DNA of 64,000 nucleotides from Mobula birostris (taxonomy: Eukaryota), in the NCBI RefSeq assembly GCF_030028105.1, contig NC_092376.1:26892009-26956008 (forward strand), read 5' to 3'. The notes under the pieces were generated by a model, which was given only the letters and a program-made list of their open reading frames with translations, was not told the origin of the DNA and made no database searches. Shown one piece after another: positions 37,490-51,105 of the stretch. The position numbers and the translations under genes were made by a program. The stretch's first letter is position 1. Each line of letters opens with the position of its first letter.

Positions 37490-39190
37490 GTAAACATGCC
37501 AATTCAGCAATCAGACCCAAACACTTCTCAATACACAGGATGGACCGAACTACTGATTTGGAAAAGGCAAAAGGTAGGGGGAGGGGGGTGTGCTTCATGA
37601 GAAACTCTCTGCGGTGCTCCCATCTGCAGGTTTTGTCATACTCTTGTTACCCTGACCTGAGTTAAAAATACACGTGGACTAAGATGTTAACTGTCCTGTG
37701 CTATCACCAGTGGGATCATCAGTTGATCTGCCACCTGTCTTCAGTTTCAGCCCGCTTATGATCAAGACTCCCCTCGAGGTGGTGGGCCAGCGGTGCTAAA
37801 GCATCATCTCCCACTGGTGAGCTTAAAAACTTGGCATCTGCCTCTATCAGAGTTGTTGGTCACTTTCATGCAACAGATAGTCTGCTCTTCAGGAGTCTAT
37901 GCAACTACTGAAGGGTTTGCAAGATATGTGTATACTGTCTGACTACCTGCCCTTCTGGACATACTTGGTCCACACCCATGCTGATCCTTTCTCTGCTGCC
38001 TCAGCTACTACCCTGCTGGTTGACTTGATCTCTCTTCTAGTGAAGCCAAGGTCATGCAGCCACTTCTGGAGAGTGAACGCAATAAACCCACAGCAGCCTA
38101 CTTCGAATGCATAGCATGAGACCTTCCACCCTCTGTCTCTGCACTCTGATCTTAATTCCGCATACTTGGTTAACTTGCGCTCATGGGCTTCATTGATGTT
38201 GTCTTCCCAGGGGACTGTCAGTTCACCAATAACCACTTCTCTACTGGTGTCAGAGCATACGATTCTGACCTGCAACGTCTAATAATTAAGTGCTGACCGT
38301 TCTACTTATCAAGAGAGTTCTCCTACATGATCCTGACCACAGTTCCTGTACCATCAACAGCCGAATGTAATCAAGTACTCGAGATACTGCAAGCTGCAAT
38401 CACTGATCAAGAAACAGTCCACCCTGACACATGTCAAGTCATATTCAGAGACTTTAATCTCTGTCCATATAACCTGTATCACTACACGTCCCAACACACT
38501 AGACCATACTACAATAATAAATACCTACCGTTCCGTGCCTAGACCACATTTCAGAAAATCTGATCACTTGACTGCTCTTCTCCTACCTGCATACAGGCAG
38601 AGGCAAAAGATCAAAAGTCCAGAGATAAGGACAACAAAGAGGTGGTCACAGGAAGCGGAGGGGCGGCTACGGGATTGGTTTAAGTCCATGGTTTGGGCTG
38701 TGTTCATGGACGTCGTCATGGATTTCATAAAAGTAGTTGTAGATGAGAGTGTCCCCACAAAATCATCAGAGTTGTCTCCAACCAGGAGTCCTGGATGAAC
38801 CCTGAGATCCACAATCTGCTGAGGGCCAGGTCAGTGGTATTCAGATCTGGCAACAAGTAAATGCAAGAGGTCCTATTACGATCGCCGGAAAGCTTTCCCA
38901 CATGCGAAGTGGCAATTCTGGACTAAACGTGAATCACTAAAGGATGCTTGACAGCTGTGTGGCAGGGCTTGAATGTTACCTCCTGTAAAGTGAAATCAAG
39001 TGCCACAGGTGACAACAGGGCTTTGCTTTCCGATGAGCACAATGTCTTCAATGCTCACTTTGACTGTCAAAACAAGTAGGAAACATCACAAGCTCCCACA
39101 GCCCCAATGACCCTGTGATTTCAGTCTCTGAAGCTGGTGCGAGAGCATCTTTCAAGAGGGTGAACCCACAGAAAGCATCTGGACCAGATG
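37490..39190 (+). mobile_element. Rex1/Babar-like LINE fragment (endonuclease region)
   Basis: GRGRGVCFM, DFN, PRPHFRKSDH...LLLPAYRQ, KASGPD. Confidence 0.65.
37660..38264 (-). mobile_element. 5'-truncated Hero-like (RLE-endonuclease, R2-group) non-LTR retrotransposon
   Basis: Open frame VVIGELTVPWEDNINEAHERKLTKY...GWKV...FEVGCCGF...AAEKGSAWVW; 8-bp TSD CTGACCTG (37652-37659, 38265-38272). Confidence 0.8.
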
Positions 39191-41029
39191 ATCATATCCA
39201 GACAAAAAGTAGATATATATTCTTTGGGGTTCAGAAGAAATTAAAAAGATTTTACTTAAGCATATAAAATCCTTAGGACAGGGTAGATATTGAGATCATT
39301 CCATTAGAAGCCTATGGTTACAAATAGAAGAAGGTCATTAGGTGCTTCTTCTTGTAGAGGTTGGTTGATTGCTGGAATACTTTACTCAGGGTGGTTGTGG
39401 AGGTGATATCATTGAGATATTTAAAGAGGAAATAGGTAACTTATTTGACCCATTAGGGAAATGAGGCCTATACGGAAGCAGCACAGAACATTCAAAACCT
39501 ACAGAAATAATCATACTGAATGATAGGGCAGGCCTGTGGCTCCTGTTTCTTATGTTCTAATGTTCTGAATTTCATTCATAATCCAAACTAAATTAGCCCA
39601 TTTCAGTTTCAGGGCACGCGTAGAGGTGCCACATTAGAATCGATGTCACGACCCCCGGCAAACTCTTCTCATGAAGAAAACTAATAAAATAGGGGAAAAG
39701 GCCAATATTTGAAAAAGAACTGTCTTACATTTCCTGATTTAGTTAAGTACTGAGCATCTTTTACATGGCTGAAAACATTCAAAGCATGGACTTTAATGGG
39801 ATTGTCATTCTACATGTAAATATGGACCAAGACTATTCATGGAGCAGTGATGTTGTGGGGATGGAACTGGACTCTCTGACTGTGGTGTCTGAAAAGAGGA
39901 TGCTGTCTAAGTTGCATGCCATCTTGGACAATTGTCTTCCATCCACTACATAATGTACTGGTTGGGCACAGGAGTACATTCAGCCAGAGATTCATTCCAC
40001 TGAGATGCAACACTGAGCGTCATAGGAAGTCATTCCTGCCTGTGGCCATCAAACTTTACAACTCCTCCCTTGGAGGGTCAGACACCCTGAGCCAATAGGC
40101 TGGTCCTGGACTTATTTCCTGGCATAATTTACATATTACTATTTAATTATCTATGGTTTTATTACTATTTAATTATTTATGGTGCAACTGTAACAAAAAC
40201 CAATTTCCCTCAGGATCAATAAAGTATGACTATGTATGACTATGTAAACACTCAAGAAATGTAGCAATTCAGAAGTTGCCACCAGAGACATGGTAGTGTT
40301 GAGATCACCCCAACTGTTTAAAGTCAATTGTTTGCTCTTAAGCATCTTTACAAAATTAGCTACACTCATCTGCTTTCCGTAACGAATTCCATTTCATATT
40401 AACCCTCAGCATTAAAAAAAATCACTCTCCACACATTTTCTTTGAATCTGTTAGAAGTAATTGAGAATTTATCTCCCTTGTTTCCCATTGTTGAACTGTG
40501 AAGGTACTCTTGACCTAATTGCTCAAACTCTTCCATAATTTTAGTAATTTATATAAAATGCTCCATTAGCCTACAGTCTTACAGACAACCTTGTCTCAAA
40601 TTTGGGAATCCATGTTGATGTTTTTTTTCTGTATCTTTTCCAGAATGAAATTCTACCCTTTGCATATTAGGATTAAGGACATTTGTGGTTCTATTCAGCA
40701 ATCATTGGAGAGCGAAAGATTCATAATGTTTCACAGACTAACCTTGATTAACAATCAGAAGGACATAAAAAGGAGCATATTCCTATGACCTTGTTTAGCT
40801 GCTCATTTGACCTGGGATTATAAAATCACAGAGCTGGTACTTTAAAGTTAGCAGTAAGAACTTCCTGCTTGTCTTAAAGCTGCCTCGACAATGATCTTGA
40901 AAGTCTATGTTTTCTCTTTGTTTACAATAAGTAATCTGCCTTTTCAGAGACTAATTTTCCTGGCTATTATCCTGGAGAAACATCCATCAGCAAAGTGAAA
41001 ATGTCAAGACATTGTTCAGATTGCACTTG

Positions 41030-41565
41030 AGCAAAATTTAGGCCCTATATCTAAGAAAGGATATGCTGGAACTGGAGAGAGTTCAGAGAAAGTTTACAAG
41101 AATGATCCTAGGAATGAAAGGATTAATATAAATGAGGAGCATTTGATGGTTCTTAATCTGTACTCACTGGAGTTTAGAAGACTGGGGGTGGGGGGGGGTC
41201 TCATTGAAACCTACCAAATATTGAAAGGCATAAATAGAGTGGATGTGGCGAGGATCGTTCTAATGGTGGGAGAGTCCTGAGCCTCAGAGTACAAGGATGT
41301 CCCTTTAGAACAGAGTTGAGGAAGAATTTCTTCAGCCAGTGGAAGTGAATCTGTGGAATTCATTCCCACAGACAGCAATGGAAGCCAAGTCATTAAGTAT
41401 ATTTAAAGTAGAGGTTGATAGGTTTTTTAATTAGTAAGGGGGAATCAAAGGTTATGGGGAGAAAGCAGGAGACTGGGGCTGTTATTGAAAATAAATCAGC
41501 CTTGATTAAATGGTGAAGAAACTTGATGGGCCAAAGGGCCCAATTCTTATCGTCTTTGGTCTTTT
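41030..41565 (+). mobile_element. CR1 3' fragment
   Basis: PYLRKDMLELERVQRKFTRMI, LYSLEFRR, CR1 tail. Confidence 0.75.
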
Positions 41566-41616
41566 AGCTAATTTTTAAAGGTTTTATGTCATTCTCCTCC
41601 TTCAGTCCACACTCAC

Positions 41617-43951
41617 CCTCCATACTCCTCTTTCACATTACTTAGGATTTCAAAAACTTCCCCAAGGCGTAGTGAGGTAAGTATTTCTTTATCATATGTC
41701 TCAATAATATACAATTCTGAATAAAGTGGATTAGACAAGTCCAGCTTCCTATTTAAATCTCCTGTCAGTGGACTCACACTACCTAAACACACAGAGGCCC
41801 CGAAGACACTGATTGCGAATTTGTTATGGGACTTTCTTGGGGAACCGGTCAACTGAATCTCTTCAACCCTGGAACTTCTTGGATTATGGTGAATTGATTT
41901 TATCTACCTTGACCAAATTTGCTGCAAATTCTTTTGCGTTATTCCTCTCAGTCTGCTGAATCCCATGGACATACCTCTTTAATAATTCCAAATTCAGATC
42001 ATTTATTTGTGTGAAGTTTACATAGCCTCAGTGAGAAAACCACCACATTTCTCCTACTTTCTATTCTCTGCCATTCAGCTGAACTTATAACAATGTTTTC
42101 ACATTACCTTTAATGCCCTTTGCCTCAATTTTGTAGAAGCTCTTGAATCCGTGCAGTTCCTCCCTCCACATTGACTTTCTTGATGAATTCTATTAGATTG
42201 CTCAAGCACGATCAACCTTTTGGAAAAAATATGCGTTGTTATTTATTAACTTATACCTAAGGAAATACTCATCCATGTTATTCCAATTCAGGGTGTCAGG
42301 AAAAGTGATAAAGTTGAAATATAATTTATGTGTATAATAATATAAACTTATAGGAGTAATCTGTAAGAAAGAACAAGGAGCACTATTGTAAACCATTAAG
42401 TCACCTCCAAGGGTTTCAAATGGACAATGTGTGAACTATACTGCCATCTAATGCATTGAATTATCATGATACCAGCTGTAGCATGAAAAGATTATTCTTA
42501 ACTAAGCAACAACATAATCAAAGGAGTAGCTGAACAACATTAATATTGCTGGTATTTTTTAAATACTCACGGTTAGGATAACGTCAAATGAATCTGCCAT
42601 TCTTCTAGCTTCTTCGAAATGACACAGTCTTCTGTTGGTAAGGTATAAATGTCAGTTTGAGTAGTTGTACAGAAAGCCTGAACATCTGGGTGGGATCAGC
42701 AGCTAACACAAAGCTCAGGATCTCTTTCTAGTCCATCTTCTATTATATAAAAGCAATCTTGATACCCTTAGTAAAGAGAACATTACTGTGGCCTAACATT
42801 GCAGCCAACGATACAATGATAAACAAGAATCTTTGTTTTCTTCCTGTAGCTCTCATACATTCAATCATAATCTTTTAAATTGTAGCCACAATAGGATACA
42901 ATATTATGGGCAACCAGAACGCAGAATAATCTTGTTTACTATCAGATCCCAGTTTCTTATACATTCACCATTTTACCCTCCTTCAGAGTTCAGGATAAAT
43001 TATTATTCAATTCAGAAGGGTAACAGTGCTCTCTGCCGACCTGCTGGGAGATCGCTCTTGAATATATTCAAAATAAATTGCTTTAAACCAGTTCCAAATC
43101 TAAGTCGATTTTAACATTTATTTTAATTTTAATTTTAATTTGTTCAATGCCTTATACATACATTTTAGAAATATAGTTCATATTTATAAACCAAGAATGT
43201 GAAATCCTCCAAGAGGACTACAACCTTGCTGTGGGGTTTGGAGGCTTGCGTGCCTCAATGACCTGGAGATCTATGTTGGCTGGAGTCAGGGCTTTGTGCC
43301 TTGGCTGTTGGTAGGGTCACCCATGCCAAACAAGTCAAAGGGTAGAGGCCTGGCTAGAGTGATCCACCACCGGCCCTCCAGGTTCGGGTGTTCAGACCAG
43401 GGCTAACAACACTTACAGGTCCAAAAAAATGGTTACGGAAACAGCAATAAAGAATCCTATATATGTGTGTGACGGTATGGACAGACAGAGATGGAGGACC
43501 TTAAATGCTGCCCTAAATGCCAACGGTGTAATGGGCACCAAGAAGAAAGACTGTGATGTACGTCTTTTAACTTGTAAAGTAATACGAATTACCAAAACAT
43601 AATATGAGAATTCATGTTGAAAATCTAATGGACAAAGTGAATATTGGTCTTGTACATTGATTCTTCACCTTTGGAGATCATGACTAATTGATACAGTTCT
43701 TATGAGAACTGAGTAATTGTCAGCATTGACCATTAGTGAGCTTAGCAGCTCGTGCATTCTTGTAGGGGTCCACAGCACTGCAGCTCCCAGCTGGCAATTC
43801 TACAATTCTGCCCCTGGTATAAGCAGAGAATATTAGTATAGGAAAGGAAAAGTATCTCTGGGGTTGCTAATACCTTGAAGGTACAATTAAAATGCATTGT
43901 GAACCTTCTGTACATTGCTTAACACTGCAATCTGCTCTACTAAGCAGAAAC
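41617..43951 (-). pseudogene. Cluster of small exon-like segments of an unidentified, probably decayed gene
   Basis: AG/GT-bounded segments 43874-43951 (GFCLVEQIAVLSNVQKVHNAF*LYLQ), 42571-42631 (RLCHFEEARRMADSFDVILT|gtgagt), 41617-41782 (GSVSPLTG...VFEILSNVKEEYG|gtgagt). Confidence 0.3.
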
Positions 43952-44351
43952 CTGTGGATTGATAAATTGGGAAAAGCTCACAGCAACAATACCTTTACTT
44001 GGAAAAGTATCTAGAAGGAAATTAAATTAAGTATTGAATATGATAGCAATGATTTTCTGAAAGGAGGGTTCAAAAGGATCATTTTATTATCAAAGTATGC
44101 ATGTACAATACAGCTCTGATATTCATCTTCTCCAGGTAGCCATGTACAGAAAGGCCAAGGGAACTGTTGAAAGAAAAGACATCAACCCCCACTCCCCTCC
44201 AACTGCATGAAAGAGAAACAAAACTAGCAAACCCTAAATGCCCCACACCCTCCCTTAAACAAAAAAATCTAACAGATTGCCCGTAGGGAAATTGGCAGCT
44301 GGAATATCAAACCCCAAACCAGATAATAATATAAACATTAGTGAACCCAAT

Positions 44352-44640
44352 CAGCACCATCGTAGTGTAGTGAATGGCAAGATGTGACTTAGCAAGTGGC
44401 ATTCTGGAGTTCAAAGTTCAATCACAGAGCCATCTGTAAGCAGTTTGTACGTTCTTCCCATGAACCACGAGGGTTTCCTCCGGGTGCTCCAGTTTCCTCC
44501 CACAGTCCAAAGACCTACTGGTTTCTAGATTAATTGGCCATTGTAAATTGTCCTGTGATTAGGCTAGTGTTAAATAAGTGGCTCGTTAGGCCAGAGCGGC
44601 CTGTTCCATGCTGTATCTGTAATAAATAAATAAATAAAAT
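44352..44640 (+). mobile_element. V-SINE (HE1-like tRNA-derived SINE)
   Basis: V-domain GGGTTTCCTCCGGGTGCTCCAGTTTCCTCCCACAGTCCAAAGAC, B-box-like GTTCAATC, (TAAA)n tail. Confidence 0.8.
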
Positions 44641-47600
44641 ATAATAACACTGAGCAACAAGCACAAAATGCTGGAGGAACTCAGCAGGTCGGGCAACATT
44701 TATAGAGAGGGCTAAACACTTAATGTTTCAGCTTGAGACCCCTCATCAGGAGACCCTTTATTCCTCTCCATAGATGCTGCCAGACCATCTAAGTTCCTTC
44801 AGCATATCGTGTTTGCTGCTCTGGCATTTGAAAAATCTCCTGTGTTTATGATAATGCTGAGGTTATTCCCATATCTAAGTTATTTTCATCCTTTTGGTAA
44901 ACTCTATCAGAATGATCAAGCAGTTGTGCTTCTCATTTTTTTGTCATGACAGCAATCAGCAGACAGGATATTTGCTGTAATAAAACTGAGGGATTGGCAA
45001 TTACTATCTAAACACTGAAATTTTATACCCAATAAATTCTAGCAGTTTACCAGAAACACATATGCTCAAAATCTAATAAGCATATATCACAGATATGAAG
45101 ACCTTAACTCTCTGATAGGAGCAGCATACTACTATCAAGCTTAAGCCTATAGTTTAAAAGGGTATTTTCATGACCAATCACTGCAGTGGGATTTCAGAAC
45201 TCTCCACTAAGCATTTTTTTAAATCAACACAATAAAGTTCTTTTGAATCTGTGCTCCTGCTCTAGCCTGCTGGTGGTTGGCCATGCTATTTTGCTTCATT
45301 CGTAAAATAATTTATTTTAAAGTAAAATGCAGACAAAATTTTATCATTAATGTACTAATACAAGGACATGAAAGCAATTAAATTTTGATGCATTGATCGA
45401 CTCTTAGGTCAGTATATACTGCCGCTACTGAACAGAATTTTGAGAATTGTGGATTTGTATAAAGGACTTCTATGATGTAAAATCTCTCTACTTGTCAAGA
45501 AATTCTAAATAACTGTCCTATCTATTTTCCATTACTATTTGTTATTTTCAGTAGCATACTGTGAATCATAAAGCAATAACAAGAAAAATGCATTTTGGCC
45601 GATACCAAAATATTCCATAACATTGCATCTTTCAATTAAATGTTAGCCTAAATTTTCCTCCTTTTTGCTTATATTGCTATACTTAACTATTACTTAACTA
45701 ATACAGTACATCGCAGTGTTGGTATTTAATCTACTTCTCCACTAGACAAAATACTAATCCAGAAAAATCAATTTCCTTGTTGTTAAAAAGTCTCAATGAA
45801 TTTAGTTTTTAATGAATACACATTTCTTATTTTTAAATGAATGCATGAAGCTTTTACTGTTTGAGGTTTAGCTTCAGTTTGGATTGTTGTATACATCATT
45901 TGATCATAAGTTTACACGTGGACCCTTTGCTTTTAGGATTTGTGTTATAAAGTGCTTGGAATACTTTCTACACATGTTATTTATTTATTAATAGTTTAGT
46001 CTGGTTTATCAATATCAGTTTATTTCTTACCCTGTTCAAATCTGCTTTGCTTGAATGCAACACCTTGCCATTTATGCTTTGACCTGTTAAATCTAACAGC
46101 AAAGTCAATCTCCATGTTGACATCAGCCTTCCTATGATGCACCCTCCGTCATACTGCTGTCCATTTTATTCACCACTAAACCTTGTTGCATAATCTATTT
46201 TAAATGACTACTTTGAAAGAGTGCAGACAAAACTTTTCATAGATGTACTAAAACTAGTACAATAGAAATAATTCAACCTTCAGCAGGCCAGGCAGCATCT
46301 GTGGAGAGAGAAACAAGATTAAAGTTTTAGGATGGTGACTTTTTATCTGAAAGCTGTGTTTGCAATCATCAATTGAAACATTATTTTTTTTCTCTCTTAC
46401 TCTCCACAGACCTGCCAAGTATTTCCAGCATTTTGATATTGGTTTATTATTGTTGTCTGTACCAAAGTACAGTGAAAATCTTGTCTTGCATACTGTTCAT
46501 GCAGATCAAATTATTACACAATGCATTGAGCTAGAACAAGGTAAAACAATAACAATGCAGAATAAAGGGTAAAAGATACCAAAAGAGTCTGAGGCCTCGT
46601 TGGTCAGTGTTGAACATGAATTCTCCATCCAGCTGTCTAGATACACAAGCCAGGACAGAAGGATATCGAGACCAAGCTGTTGCCCATGTAGCAGACTCCC
46701 AGAATCCTCCTCTCCGTGCACCTGATAAACCCAAAGGAACAGCAGACCGATACAGTTTGGCACCAGAGACGTGCGGAAGTTGCCCATCAGCGTTGAACTC
46801 AACATAGGACTGCCTTGGGGTTTACTCCTGAAGCCTTCCCCGTGAGTCCATGAGTGGGTATAGCCAGAAGGCAGGGGAGGTTTGAGATCAGAGTTTTCCT
46901 TCTCCTAGGTGAGCTGCCACCCATGGCTGACGAGCCCCATCTGCCTGAAGTCACTGGCTTTAAGATGCCAGCAACTCACCTTTGCTCATCTCCTGTCAGT
47001 AGAAATGGTTCTGCTGGGTTTAGTAGCTAAGGCAGACATGAAGGCCAGGAGCTGGTCTTGCTTGTTAGATGCTAATTGAGGCACACGTCATTGAGAGCAT
47101 TTCATAGGTAGTCGGACCCTGTCCTGATTACCACCCAAGGTTATACCAACCTTAAGGAACCTACCAAAAGTATGCAGTCCAGGTAGACAATCAAGTGCAT
47201 GATCATAACGAGGTAGATTATCATAAAAGAGTCTGAGAACAGTAGGGTAGAAGTTGTCCTTGAGCCTGGTGGTGCAGCTTACTACAGGTTTCCAATACTG
47301 CAATATGTTTTCTTTCGGATTCTCATTCAGTGTTTTGGCTCCAAGATAATGTTGCTCTACAAAGACATCTAAATGTATTCTAAAAGTTTGATGCCTTTGC
47401 TATTCAGACCAGTCCATTTCTCCCAGATGGAAAGATTAAAATGTTCCATTATGACTCATATTTCCCTAATCTCTGCATTCTTTCTCTTCCCATTATGCCA
47501 CAGCTAGCAAGAGATCCATAGGTAATTACTAGTCATGTCTTGCACCCTTAACCTTTGGCTATTGAAGAAACTTCTGGAAATGACACAATTAGAGAAATGT

Positions 47601-48891
47601 TTGCTATTAAGCCACATTTTCAGATACTGTAAGATCTATTTGTATGAAGGTAGCTATTCGAGCAGTCATCATGCATGTATTTCTCAATGACAATAAACGA
47701 GGACTGAGTGTCCTCATAATCTAATCTAATCTAATCAACCCTCATGTTCACGGCCACATACTCGTATATTAACATATGGAAATTAGTAAAAATATACAAA
47801 GATCTAGTGAATTGAGAGGGAAAGGTATCACAATACTCCGTGAAGAAGTAACCTGGTCATCTTTTCCTGATTGGTTCAATGTTTGACTACATTTGATGCA
47901 GCTAATTTTTCCTAAAATTGTTAAAAAAAACTATTGAATTGATGCGGAAGATCAAGCACCACTTTCTTAAGCCAATTTGAACAAGAAATAACTCTGCCCT
48001 ACATCCAAAGAAGTTAAAAAATAAGTCTACCTTCCAAACTTTAGTGTCAAATACAAATTATAGTACTCACTGAATTTGAACGATCAGTTAAAAAAAAGTT
48101 TCCTCAGCTATAACACAGAACTGCGAGTGTTAATCTGAAACAGTACTGATAAACTTTTCCCATTTATTTTTCTCCAATTATTTATTAAGGTCTTGTTCAA
48201 AGCATATTCACTGACCTTAGGCACAGATCATTTTTCTTTGAAAGAACTAGAATGTCGTTCTTCTTTCTCATCTAATTCTGAGAACACAGTCTTCATCAAC
48301 TTTAATTCCAATTCAGAAGGTGTAATAGTGTCTGTCCTGGATGAGTCCTGAACTTTAGAAGGATAATGCCTGCATGCTAATGGTAGGACAGTTTGTGTCA
48401 CTTAATAAGGTTTGTTTGGATTCCATGGATACTGTAATAACCTTCTGTGGTTGACCTTGCTATAGGGGAATTCACGTTTATCAAATGCTGGCTGATCTCC
48501 GTGACTGAGCATTTAATAGTTTATCATTAACAGAGGCATTATGTAGAATGGCTGAGTATGTGGCACATAGTCAACTGTTGAAGAAAGTCATTTGTTCTGC
48601 AGCCTCTGATCTTTCTGGCACATAATGCCCAATGGGGCAGAGAGTGTGACTATTGTTTATCCATTAAAACAGACAGAAATTACAGTGGTCTCATGGAATT
48701 ACATTCTGTCCATCTGATCCATGATCACTCCCACCTAATTCATTCATCCCAATCAGTATAACCTGCAACTCCATTATAGGTTAACCACTCCCCCTTAAAT
48801 CCATGTGTGCTGTTCACAGGATAAAGATAGTAAGAGAAACTGTTCTAATATCTGCCATTGTTTAGCTGAAACTCATGTGGATTAGTACAGG

Positions 48892-49078
48892 TAACACGCA
48901 CAAAATGCTGGACGAGCTCAGCAGGCCAGGCAGCATCTATGGAGAAAAGTACAGTTGATGTTTTGGGCCTGAAATGTCAACGGTACTTTTTTCCATAGAT
49001 GCTGCCTGGTCTGCTGAATTCCTCCAGCATTTTGTGTGTGTTGCTTGGATTTCCAGCATCTGCAGATTCTCTCTTGTT
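48892..49078. mobile_element. PLE-derived palindromic unit inserted as one event
   Basis: Inverted arms; 14-bp TSD TGGATTAGTACAGG (48878-48891, 49079-49092). Confidence 0.75.
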
Positions 49079-49088
49079 TGGATTAGTA

Positions 49089-49168
49089 CAGGGGTTCCCA
49101 ACCAGGGGTCCATGGATGCCTTGCTTAGTGGCATTGGTCCATGGCTTTAACATGTTTTGGAACCTCTG
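49089..49168. mobile_element. 80-bp hAT MITE
   Basis: CAGGGGTTCC...GGAACCTCTG ends; 8-bp TSD GATTAGTA (49081-49088, 49169-49176); related copy near 5294-5368. Confidence 0.7.
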
Positions 49169-50319
49169 GATTAGTAGCATGTTGACGATGGAGGGATGTC
49201 CATTTGAAACAGAGGTGAGGAGGAATTTCTTTAGCCAGAGAGTGGTGAGTCTATGGAATTCATTGCCACAGGTGGCTGTGGAGGCCAAGTCATTGGGTAT
49301 ATTTAAGGCAGAGGTTGATAGATTCTTGATTAGTCAAGGTGTGAAGGGATACAGGGAGAAGGCAGAAGATTGGGACTGAGAGGGAAATGGATCAGCCATG
49401 ATGAAATGACAGAGCAGACTCAATGGGCCAAATGGCCTACTTCTGCTCCTATATCTTAAAATGAACGAGGTTGCCAAATAGCAAGTCAAAGTAAATTATT
49501 GTCAATGTATACGTACGTCTCCATATACTACCGTGAGATTCATTTTCCTGCAGGTATTCACAGTAGAACATGTCATAGAATCAATCAGAACTGCACACAA
49601 GAAATACTGACAAACAACCAAGATGCAAAAGATGACAAACTGTGCAAATACAAAAATGATAATAATAATAAATAAAGCAAATAAATAATACTGAGATAGG
49701 AAGAGAAGTATGAGAAATAGAAAGAGTAGTTTCCGAAGTAAGAAAATAGAAGAAGGGGGTTCTGCAGGAGTCGGTATTGGGGCCATTGCTTTCAACGTTA
49801 TATGTCAGTGATCTGGACGATGGAATTTAGAGCTTTGTGGCCAAGTTTGCAGATGATACAAAGATCAGTGGAGGGGCAGGTGGTGTTGAGAAAGCAGATT
49901 AGGAGAGTGGCCAAAGAAATGGCAGATGGAATATAGTATATGGAAATGTATGGTCATGCAGTTCTGTAGTGGGAATAAAGGCAAAGACTACTTTCTAAAC
50001 AGGGAGAAAATTCAGAAATCAGAAGTGCAGAGGGACTTGGGATCTCATTGAAACCTATCAAATACTGAAAGGCCTGGGCAGAGTGAACATGGAGGTGGTG
50101 TTTCCTATCGTAAGGGAGTCTGGGATCGGAGGGCAAGACTCAGAATACAGGGATGTCCTTCTAGAAAAGAGATGAGGAGGAATTTCTTTATCCAGAGGGT
50201 GGTGAATCTGTGGAATTCATTGCCATGGACTGCTGTGGAGGCCAAGTCATTGGGTATAATTAAAGCAGAGATTGGTAGATTCTTGATTAGAAAGGGCATC
50301 GCAAGTCATGGGGACAACA

Positions 50320-51105
50320 CAAGTTTCAAGTGTAATTATCATGCAACTATGCATGAACATAGCCAAATGAAACAGCATTCCTCTGGGGCCAAGTACCAAA
50401 ACACGTTACCAACAGCACACAGCACACAGCATAAATAGCATGCATGGTGACAATTTTAGAATACATACAGTTACAAAGAGAAAAAGATATATAGCCCAAG
50501 TCCCTGAGTTGTCTGCTAGTTCTTCCACCAAGCGAACACCAGAGGGCAGCACTGAATAAGCATCAGAGATCAGCACCAAGTGGGCACTGGAGGGCAGCAC
50601 CAAAGGTAGGTGCCAGCCCCAACCCAATACAAAATCCAGTGGCACGCAGCCAGCACCGGTGCCTCCTTTGCCGGTGACCACAACCGGCAACTCCGAGGCA
50701 TGGGGGCTTTATCCGCACAACAACCGAGGCAACACAACTCCCCCATTGGTCACACCAATGAACCAGTGAACTGAACTTTCAGTACTCTGCGTTACCAATG
50801 TCCAACAGGGTCTTGCGATGACAGTGAAAGCATCTCAGACAATCACTCACGGCTTTTTTTTGGACCGCACATCCCACCTCGGCACAACAGTACGCAACAA
50901 GTCCAGGCAATGACACAACGGTACACAGTAAGTCCAGCTCCGTCGCTATCAAGCAACTCGCCGATGGGATGGTCCTGCATTATTGATGTTCTTGGTTTCC
51001 AGCAGTGACTTGCGATCATGAAAGAAACATACAGGATGAACAAGCACACCTTTGATTGAACCCGGAGTGGTCGCTGTGTCAGAGCGCGCCGCCATCTTAC
51101 CGGAA
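50320..51105 (-). mobile_element. Non-autonomous LINE-related element (same family as about 8555-9055)
   Basis: Shared sequence with 8555-9055; 5' end CCGGTAAGATGGCGGCG; splits a CR1 tail. Confidence 0.55.

Noticed and set aside
42060-42230. Part of the orphan exon cluster
   Set aside because: Reads as a decayed CR1 RT remnant (CLSNLIEF, KIEAKGIKG) on the minus strand.
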